Source: Candidatus Electrothrix yaqonensis (GTDB taxonomy: Bacteria > Desulfobacterota > Desulfobulbia > Desulfobulbales > Desulfobulbaceae). From it: a stretch of DNA of 32,000 bases. Numbering within the stretch: position 1 is the stretch's first letter; every line of letters starts with the position of its first letter. The notes below the pieces were generated by a model. That model made no database searches, was not told the DNA's origin, and saw nothing but the letters and a program-made list of their open reading frames with translations. The position numbers and the translations under genes were made by a program. This document shows positions 23,899-31,002 of the stretch, in pieces. Location: assembly GCA_047651235.1 (NCBI GenBank), contig CP178758.1:1020001-1052000 (forward strand), given 5' to 3'.

Positions 23899-24905
23899 TT
23901 ACTTCTACTTTGGCACTCACAAAGGCTGTGGTAATAATTTGCAATTCCGTTGTTTCTCATATGCGAAATCAATCGAAGCTTGCCTCTTTTCATGCCGTTG
24001 ACAAAGCTGTCTTATAACTTCATCTTCGTTTACATCTCGACGTGGAAAATTGACTTGAGTAATGTTGTTATATCAGCGCAACTCAATAACGGGACACCGA
24101 CTTGATGGTATAATCGTTGCTCGACCATAAACAACATGGCCATCATGACCATAGTCATATGATGATGCCAAGCCAGCCATCCCCGAGCCTTAGCCTTAAG
24201 ACAACGTTCCTTGTCATCCGTCCAGCTTTTCGGTAAATACAGCCGACAGTCGATCGGCGTTGAAAAGCGACCATATCCCAAAGTTGCAAACACTACTACT
24301 TGACAGTTGTCGGTTTTACCAAGCTGCCCGCACCATTGACGAGAAACCCCAACAGACATTTTACCCTTTTTGGGTATCCCGGATTCATCAATAAAAAGAG
24401 CGCTATCTTCCTTTCCTCCAAAAATGTTATCCGCATCTTTAGCTACGTGGTTGTTTACAGGACGCCAATCCCAGTTCGATTCGGAAAGAAAATACTGGAG
24501 GGGCTCATATTTAACGCCCGGAACCTTTTCCTCCATACGTTCCATGTTTTTTTGTCAGACTGGAATAAACCTTTCAAGTATTGGAATGCTTTATCTGACA
24601 AACTTACCGTATGTCTCTTAAAAAAATGATGATATCTTTCGTGAAAAGACGTAAGTTGCCGGGCGATGCCGGTCAACTCAAAGAATTTGTCATGGGGACT
24701 TCTTTTTTCGGGGCTGGGAGCGTTCATAAAAAGAATAAAGTTATAATCAGGGCGATTGACGGGTATTTTTTTGATAGCTGTTATCAGGTGCTATCTTGAT
24801 CAAAAAGCGATAAAATTTTCCTAATGAAAGATACAACTTTATCCGGATATTGCAAGAAGTTTTTACAAATAGATCAAAAGGTTATGGTTGACAAAGTAGA
24901 AGTAA
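23899..24905 (-). mobile_element. IS701-family-like insertion sequence, internally deleted non-autonomous copy B (complete ends, 1007 bp)
   Basis: The 14-bp terminal inverted repeats are ttacttctactttg (23899-23912) and caaagtagaagtaa (24892-24905). The interior is near-identical to 1-967. Confidence 0.85.
24030..24727 (-). pseudogene. IS701-type DDE transposase, frameshifted and internally deleted (copy B)
   Basis: It has the same two frames as copy A (24455-24727 and 24030-24545), joined at the homopolymer run 24547-24553. It has the same internal deletion. An extra 1-nt deletion near 24045 creates a premature end (IFHVEM*). Confidence 0.75.
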
Positions 24906-24939
24906 TAACGCAAAGCTGGCTGACCGGCTGATCTTTTGC

Positions 24940-24968
24940 TTGACAAAGCCCTGCTGCCGTTCTACGCT
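24940..24968 (+). promoter_or_regulatory. sigma70-like promoter candidate (TTGACA-17 nt-TACGCT) for the export-protein gene
   Basis: The -35 ttgaca is at 24940-24945 and the -10 tacgct at 24963-24968. This begins 35 bp beyond the IS end. Confidence 0.3.
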
Positions 24969-25115
24969 GAATTACTCAATTGATTTCACCAAGCCCTGGT
25001 TCAGGACCGCCCGGCCAGACAGTCCGGCGGACGTCCTGAATGTGAACACAGGAAATTGATTCCGTACATTATTTCCTTTTTCGCACACCTTCCTTTCAAG
25101 TTTCTCCGAACAGCA

Positions 25116-26132
25116 ATGGACAAAAAATACGTTTTCCCGCATGTTGTTTTCCTGCTCATCCTGTCCCTGTTTCTCAGCGGATGTGCAGACGAACAGTTTG
25201 CATATACTGCAGCATATGCGCCAACAGTGAGAGAAGAGGTCGAACCTCCGAAGGATCTGTTTGCCGAGAAGACTGTTGAGCAGGATATGTTTGATCCGGC
25301 GCTTGCAGCCCAATCTGATGAAACTGCATCCATGCTGGCGCCGGGATGTCTTGTTGTTGTCAATATCCTTGAATTACAGGAACTGGTCAATACTGAAGCA
25401 CGGGTCAATGCAGACGGGTATATCAGTCTTCCCGTCCTGGGGCAGGTGGATGTGCTCAATCTGACACCTGCCGAGGCTGAAAAGAAAATCGGCCAGCTGC
25501 TGCGGGAACAATCCCCGCAGGATTACCATGTCTCGGTCTTTATAAAGGAAGATGTCAGCGAGCCGATCACTCTTGTCGGCGCCTTTAATGCACCGGGCAG
25601 TTATGAGCATGTTGCCGGAGACCACCTGCTTGATATCATCGCGACAGCGCAGGGCGTGGCAGACAACGCGGCTTTGCTGGCCTACCTGCTCCGTCCAGAT
25701 GAAACTACCGGGCAGCGGCGCGCTTATATTATTGATCTTGATGCCCTGACCAGGCAGGGTGACATGAAGTATAATATACCGATGGCCGGGGGGGATGTCC
25801 TGTTTATCCCGGAAGCAGGGCAATACGTTGTTGACGGCGCAGTCGGAGATCCCGGCGCCTATCCGGTTTACGGCGGCACGACCATTCCGGAAGCCCTTCG
25901 TCTTGCCGGTGGTCTGACAACCGATTTTATGGAGAATGATTCCGTCAAACTGATGCGTTATGCAGGGGACGGCAAACGGGAAACCATCAGCTTCACGCTC
26001 AATGATCTTCAGGAAGGGCAAGGGGACGGCCTCGCTCTGAAAGACCAGGATATTATTTATGTGGAATCCCGCAGCGCCGGTCTGTCTCCAGGCGGACTGG
26101 GCTTTAATCCTGCTGTTATGCGAACGCAGTAA
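25116..26132 (+). CDS. polysaccharide export lipoprotein (Wza-like, Poly_export + SLBB domains)
   Basis: The start is set at ATG 25116. The lipobox is LSLFLSGC. The Poly_export-like segment reads LVVVNILELQELVNTEARVNADGYISLPVLGQVDVLNLTPAEAEKKIGQLL. SLBB-like repeats follow (GDVLFIPE..., DQDIIYVE). Confidence 0.8.
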   Translation: MDKKYVFPHVVFLLILSLFLSGCADEQFAYTAAYAPTVREEVEPPKDLFAEKTVEQDMFDPALAAQSDETASMLAPGCLVVVNILELQELVNTEARVNADGYISLPVLGQVDVLNLTPAEAEKKIGQLLREQSPQDYHVSVFIKEDVSEPITLVGAFNAPGSYEHVAGDHLLDIIATAQGVADNAALLAYLLRPDETTGQRRAYIIDLDALTRQGDMKYNIPMAGGDVLFIPEAGQYVVDGAVGDPGAYPVYGGTTIPEALRLAGGLTTDFMENDSVKLMRYAGDGKRETISFTLNDLQEGQGDGLALKDQDIIYVESRSAGLSPGGLGFNPAVMRTQ

Positions 26133-26143
26133 AGGAAAATACC

Positions 26144-27922
26144 ATGTCAACTACCGGCAATAATGATCTCGGCACCGCCGATGTCCTTTGGAACCTAAAG
26201 GATCTGTACGAATCGCCGGATGATCCGCAGATCACGGATGATCTGGAATTCTGTGAGCAGGAGGCCACGCTGCTGCAGGAAACCGAAGGCCGTCTGGCCG
26301 AACTTGAACCTGCAGTCTTTGCCCGTACAGTCAAGCGGTTGGAGCGCATTCGGACCAATCTCAGCCGGATGCAGACCTATGCCTTTCTGCATTTTGCAAC
26401 CCAGGTCAAGAATGCAGAGGCCGGGGCCTTTCTCCAGAAGATGCAGGAGAAAGACAGCAGGATCAGCCGGAATCTTGTCTTCTTCGCTCTGGAATGGGCC
26501 AAGATGGATCAGGCTGCTGCAGAGCAGTTACTTGCAGATGAAGAGGTCGCTCCGTACCGGTATTATCTGCTCAATCTCCGCCGCTATGCCGATCACCTGC
26601 TTTCCGAGGCAGAAGAGGAACTGCTGGTCGAACTTGAACCGGTGGGCACCGGGAGCTGGCTCAACCTGTTTGAAAAACTGATGGGTCATCTGGAGTTCGG
26701 TGCAGACAGGCGCACTGAGGAGGAGGTACTCTCCGATCTGTACAACAGCGACCGGGAGGTGCGGCGCAGGGCGGCACTGGAGCTGACTCAAGGGCTGCAG
26801 AGCCAGCTGCACATCCTCACCCATATCTTCAACACCATTCTGGCAGAGAAGATGATCACCGACCGGCTGCGCAGATACCCCTCCTGGATCAGGACCAGGA
26901 ATCTATCCAACGAACTGGAAGATACAACAGTTGAGGCCCTGATCTCTGCTGCTGTGGACCGTTATGATCTGGTGCAGCGCTATTACCGTCTGAAAAAGGA
27001 TCTGCTGGGCCTGGATGAGCTGCAGGATTATGACCGATATGCACCGCTGCCTTCTTTGCCGGGCCAGCAGATTTCCTGGCAGGAGTGCCGGGAAATGGTA
27101 CTGGTAGGATTTCGCGAATTTTCTCCGGATATGGCAGACATTGCTGAACTTTTCTTTGAGCGGAACTGGATTCATGCTCCAATCATGGAGGGCAAGCGGG
27201 GAGGGGCTTTTGCTCATCCGGCCGTGCCGGACGCCCATCCCTATGTCCTGGTCAACTACACCGGAAATCTGCGGGATGTCTCCACTGTGGCCCATGAACT
27301 CGGGCACGGGGTGCACCAGTACCTTGCCAGAGAGCAGGAGTATTTCAACAGTGATACGACTCTGGTGCTGGCCGAAACCGCCTCGGTCTTTGCCGAGCTG
27401 CTTATCTTTTACCGTCAGCTGGAGACCCTGAACAGGCCGGAACAGCGGTGGGCCTTTATCTGCCAGAAGCTGGAATCCATCTTTGCCACAGTCTTTCGCC
27501 AGATCTCCATGAACCGCTTTGAAGAGTTGATTCACAATGCCCGCCGGGAAAAAGGCGAATTGTCTGCAGATGCCTTGTCTGATCTGTGGATGCAGAGCCA
27601 GGAGGCCATGTTCGGGGATTCAGTCAACCTGGGCGAACAGTACCGGATCTGGTGGTCCTATATCCCTCATTTTCTCCATTCGCCCGGATATGTTTACTCT
27701 TATGCCTTCGGGGAGTTGCTGGTCCTGGCCTTGTACCGAATTTATCAGAATGAGGGCGCAGCTTCCTTTGTGCCCAAGTATCTCCGTCTGCTGGCTCAGG
27801 GCGGCAGTCAGTCACCGTATGATCTGCTAAAGCCGTTTGATATTGATCTCAACGAGCCGAGCTTCTGGCAGGGCGGTCTGGCAGTGATTGAGGAGATGCT
27901 GGTCGGCGTGGAGAAGGGATAA
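26144..27922 (+). CDS. M3B-family oligoendopeptidase (PepF-like)
   Basis: The 592-aa product has the zinc motif VAHELGHGVHQYL with a downstream E (ETASVFAE). Its overall length is typical of oligoendopeptidase F. Confidence 0.88.
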   Translation: MSTTGNNDLGTADVLWNLKDLYESPDDPQITDDLEFCEQEATLLQETEGRLAELEPAVFARTVKRLERIRTNLSRMQTYAFLHFATQVKNAEAGAFLQKMQEKDSRISRNLVFFALEWAKMDQAAAEQLLADEEVAPYRYYLLNLRRYADHLLSEAEEELLVELEPVGTGSWLNLFEKLMGHLEFGADRRTEEEVLSDLYNSDREVRRRAALELTQGLQSQLHILTHIFNTILAEKMITDRLRRYPSWIRTRNLSNELEDTTVEALISAAVDRYDLVQRYYRLKKDLLGLDELQDYDRYAPLPSLPGQQISWQECREMVLVGFREFSPDMADIAELFFERNWIHAPIMEGKRGGAFAHPAVPDAHPYVLVNYTGNLRDVSTVAHELGHGVHQYLAREQEYFNSDTTLVLAETASVFAELLIFYRQLETLNRPEQRWAFICQKLESIFATVFRQISMNRFEELIHNARREKGELSADALSDLWMQSQEAMFGDSVNLGEQYRIWWSYIPHFLHSPGYVYSYAFGELLVLALYRIYQNEGAASFVPKYLRLLAQGGSQSPYDLLKPFDIDLNEPSFWQGGLAVIEEMLVGVEKG

Positions 27923-27940
27923 ATGGAGAAACGACTGCGG

Positions 27941-27964
27941 GGTAACCGGATAATTTCGGTTACC
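27941..27964. terminator. hairpin between convergent genes (possible bidirectional terminator, no U tract)
   Basis: The stem ggtaaccg (27941-27948) pairs with cggttacc (27957-27964) around an 8-nt loop. It overlaps the stop codon of the minus-strand gene. Confidence 0.25.
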
Positions 27965-29105
27965 TGCAGTGGTACATCAGGCGTATCAGACGGTCCCGCA
28001 GCTGTATAACGCGTTTTTTCTGTCGCGAAAGTTTCATGGCCATCTGATATGCCCTGCTGCTCTGGAGTGTTGCAAGTTCACGTGATTTGTCGATCCATAT
28101 CTCAGAAATAATTCTGGCGACCTGGTCAAGTTCTGAGGCGCTCAAGCTGCAGCTGCCTGTGCGTGAAATCCGCTTTGGTTCGAATAGTTTTTGTCGGGAG
28201 GGAAAATATTCGGACCGCACCCATTCATTGCCTTCTCTGAAGGTATCTTCGTATTGCTGGCGCAGGTCCATCGGCATGGAGTATGTTTCACCGTCTTTCA
28301 GGTTGCTCAGTACATACAAAATAATATTTCCCCGCAGCTCATTCGGCTGCTGATCTTCTGTCAGTGGCGGTATGGCTTTATTTATCCTGCGGATAATCTC
28401 CAGAGCGAGGGTCGGTATGCTTTCATTCTGCCGCATCGGTATAACATACTTTTCCTGTGCCAGAGAAAGTCCGATGATCTCGGCAAAATCATCAAGTATT
28501 GATCCGTTCACCAATTCTATCGTGCTGAAGATGCGCGGGATAACTGTTTCCGTGCCGAACTGATTACGAAATCGCGTGAGGGTAGCGCGGTGGTCGCATA
28601 CATTATGCCAGTATTCGTTCTCCGGTCCTGGAGGATGGGCTTCTGTTCCACCAAATATGACATACGTGGTGTACAACGAGTTGGCAATGTCTGCGGGTGG
28701 CCGGAGATAAACTACAATTGAAATATCATACAATCCCAAATCGTTGAGAATTATTTTCAGCCGGGAGACTTCTTCGTCTGTCTGAAGCCTGGACTGAAAA
28801 TGCTCGGATGAAAAGATGACCGTATGGATTCCTTGTGCCTGCTTAAGCTCGCCTTTCAGAGCCTTGATTGTAGCGTTTTGGTATTGAATTAGGTCCTGCT
28901 CACAGCAGATTCTAAGAGACTTTGTAAAGGCATCACGTCTTTCTGAATCGTAGGCTGCAAGCGACAGCAGCCGGTTGTTGCGCAGTCCGGCTGATTTCGT
29001 ATACAGATATCCGTTTCTGGAGAGAATCTCCCTGTTCTGATGGAAAAACTCCTGCAACGAGGTTGTGCCGGTTTTTTCTGTCCCGATGTGGAGGATGCAT
29101 TTCAT
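27960..29105 (-). CDS. sulfotransferase-fold protein
   Basis: The 5'-PSB-like P-loop is ILHIGTEKTGTTSLQ at the N-terminus. A 3'-PB-like motif VVYLRPPADIANSLY follows. The product is 381 aa. Confidence 0.6.
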   Translation of the reverse strand: MKCILHIGTEKTGTTSLQEFFHQNREILSRNGYLYTKSAGLRNNRLLSLAAYDSERRDAFTKSLRICCEQDLIQYQNATIKALKGELKQAQGIHTVIFSSEHFQSRLQTDEEVSRLKIILNDLGLYDISIVVYLRPPADIANSLYTTYVIFGGTEAHPPGPENEYWHNVCDHRATLTRFRNQFGTETVIPRIFSTIELVNGSILDDFAEIIGLSLAQEKYVIPMRQNESIPTLALEIIRRINKAIPPLTEDQQPNELRGNIILYVLSNLKDGETYSMPMDLRQQYEDTFREGNEWVRSEYFPSRQKLFEPKRISRTGSCSLSASELDQVARIISEIWIDKSRELATLQSSRAYQMAMKLSRQKKRVIQLRDRLIRLMYHCR

Positions 29106-29149
29106 CGTGCAGGATACTGTTGTTCTGTCACCTCTCGGCTCCGCAGATT

Positions 29150-29515
29150 TTAATTATCCAGTTTTCCTTTGTTATACTTGACCGTAAGATTCAGCAGCAA
29201 GCTGTCATGTATCCCGAAATATTTTGCCTGCTTCAGGGCAATAGCAGGGGAACACTTCATTTTTCGCGCTACTTCTGCTATCATTCTGTCAAGTCTGCTT
29301 TTTGGAATCCCGGTTTTTTGGGCTACGTCATCCGGCGTCATGCCGAACGATTCTGTAAATTCCTTTTCCGGGATGTTGAAGGAACGGTTCGGAGGGGTCA
29401 GGGTCATCATTTTTGACAGTTCATCAGAGGTCATACCAAATGACTCTATGAACTTTTTTTCCGAAATACGGGGGAGACGTTTTCGTGATATTTTCCGTGC
29501 TGCCAGACGCGCCAT
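29150..29515 (-). CDS. HigA/VapI-like HTH (XRE-family) protein with an internally duplicated N-terminal segment
   Basis: The C-terminus GIPKSRLDRMIAE....SPAIALKQAKYFGIHDSLLLNLTVKYN resembles the HigA antidote HTH. The N-terminus contains ISEKKFIESFGMTSDEL and IPEKEFTESFGMTPDDV as a direct repeat. Confidence 0.55.
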   Translation of the reverse strand: MARLAARKISRKRLPRISEKKFIESFGMTSDELSKMMTLTPPNRSFNIPEKEFTESFGMTPDDVAQKTGIPKSRLDRMIAEVARKMKCSPAIALKQAKYFGIHDSLLLNLTVKYNKGKLDN

Positions 29516-29582
29516 TGTATCACCCTCCTGCCGGACAATTAATCCGGGATAAATTCCTGCTTTTGACCAAGGTAATATATTA

Positions 29583-29673
29583 TTTTTACTAAATAATATC
29601 TAATTTATGTTGTAACATGTAATTCAGATTTTTGCACTAAAAATGTTTGTATAGTTCTATTTTTTTTACTAAA
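29583..29673. promoter_or_regulatory. AT-rich divergent control region with three copies of a ttttt(gc)actaaa motif
   Basis: The motif occurs as tttttactaaa at 29583-29593 and 29663-29673, and as ttttgcactaaa near 29629-29640. All three lie between the divergent HTH gene and the coiled-coil/vWA/PurA-like operon. Confidence 0.3.
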
Positions 29674-29742
29674 GAAATTGTTTGTGCCGTACTGCACAGC
29701 AGCATATCCTCGGCACAGAACAACAGCAAAAAGGACAACGCA

Positions 29743-30081
29743 ATGGATGATCATTTATCAGGAGCTTTTACCAGCTCTCTGACACGGAATAACAAGGAGA
29801 TCAGAGCTGACAGGGCTGCGGCTATAGCTGAAGATGCGGAGCTGGTCTACAAACGGAAGATCGAGGATCTGGAAATCAGCATCCGGAAGATGAAGCGAGA
29901 GCAGGAGAACATGCTGGATCTGTCGCCGACAACAAGCCAGAGCCTGATTCTGGCCAGTGATTTCAACTGTGATGAATATGTGGCCGGGGATATCGAGCTG
30001 GGAATTAAAATCAGAAATGCCGAGATCACTTTGGAGATCGCGCGGCAGCGTTACGAATATCTGTTCGGAGGCAAAGGATAA
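29743..30081 (+). CDS. small coiled-coil hypothetical protein
   Basis: The start is set at ATG 29743 (MDDHLSGAFTSSL...). The product is 112 aa with heptad-rich charged segments (VYKRKIEDLEISIRKMKREQENML). Its stop is 2 nt before the next start. Confidence 0.55.
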   Translation: MDDHLSGAFTSSLTRNNKEIRADRAAAIAEDAELVYKRKIEDLEISIRKMKREQENMLDLSPTTSQSLILASDFNCDEYVAGDIELGIKIRNAEITLEIARQRYEYLFGGKG

Positions 30082-30083
30082 TT

Positions 30084-30950
30084 ATGGGATGGGGAAGCTA
30101 TTCACTGGACAACCGTGCTGAACGGTCCAAAATCGAGGGATATACCACACGGTCTGTGCAGGAAATTTTTTCGCAGCAGGAAATGAACCGGGCCATGAGT
30201 CCGTATGGCGTCAAGGTACGCGAGGCACGGGACTCGGAGGAACATCCCAACTCAGTGGCCATTATTCTGGCCCTGGATGTCACCGGTTCAATGGGGTCTA
30301 TTCCCCATCATCTGGTCCGGGAAGGGCTGCCGAATATTATGGGCCGGATTATCCAGAGCGGCACCAGAGACCCGCAGCTTATGTTTCTCGCTATCGGTGA
30401 CCATGAGTACGACCGGAGCCCGTTGCAGGTCGGTCAGTTTGAATCCAGCGATGAGCTGCTGGATAAATGGCTGACCAATGTCTATCTGGAAGGCGGAGGC
30501 GGAGGTAATACCGGGGAGAGCTATCTGCTGGCCTGGTATTTTGCCGGATTTCATACCTCTATTGACTGCTTTGAAAAAAGAAAGCAGAAGGGGTTTCTTT
30601 TTACTGTCGGAGATGAACCGACCTTGCCGGACATTCCGGCCAAGAACCTGCAGCATCTTATGGGCGGAGGACAGCAGGTTGCCTGTCATGCTGCCACGCT
30701 GCTGGACAGGGCACGGGAGATGTATCACGTCTATCATCTGCATATCCGGCAGACCTATGCCGGAGGTATTCAGGAAACCATAGACGGATGGAAGCAGCTT
30801 ATGGGGGATCATCTGATTATCCTTGAACATCATGAGGAAGTCTCCAGGATTATTCCGGAGATTGTCGCTGAGGTCACCCATCGTGAATCCGGAAACGGGG
30901 ATTCCTCTGATTCCTCTTCGTCTTCGGAAGGGACAAAGATTATTCTCTGA
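30084..30950 (+). CDS. von Willebrand factor A (vWA) domain protein with complete MIDAS motif
   Basis: The D-x-T-x-S motif is in ILALDVTGSMG. The Thr is in GGGGGNTGESY and the Asp in LFTVGDEP. There is a 60-aa N-terminal extension and an acidic Ser-rich tail (GDSSDSSSSSEG). Confidence 0.8.
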   Translation: MGWGSYSLDNRAERSKIEGYTTRSVQEIFSQQEMNRAMSPYGVKVREARDSEEHPNSVAIILALDVTGSMGSIPHHLVREGLPNIMGRIIQSGTRDPQLMFLAIGDHEYDRSPLQVGQFESSDELLDKWLTNVYLEGGGGGNTGESYLLAWYFAGFHTSIDCFEKRKQKGFLFTVGDEPTLPDIPAKNLQHLMGGGQQVACHAATLLDRAREMYHVYHLHIRQTYAGGIQETIDGWKQLMGDHLIILEHHEEVSRIIPEIVAEVTHRESGNGDSSDSSSSSEGTKIIL

Positions 30951-31002
30951 GTCGATCCGGACAGACTGTTTTGACGAAGACCGGGATCTCTGCAGGGGAT
31001 TC

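Noticed and set aside
24888-24893. Outward-facing TTGACA 12 nt from the IS right end (also at 950-955), considered as half of a hybrid promoter
   Set aside because: At the required 17-nt spacing, neither flank supplies a -10-like hexamer (caaagc in copy B, ttcttc in copy A). No hybrid promoter is supported at these two insertion sites.
25374-26150. 258-aa minus-strand ORF
   Set aside because: It is antisense to the Wza-like export protein gene.
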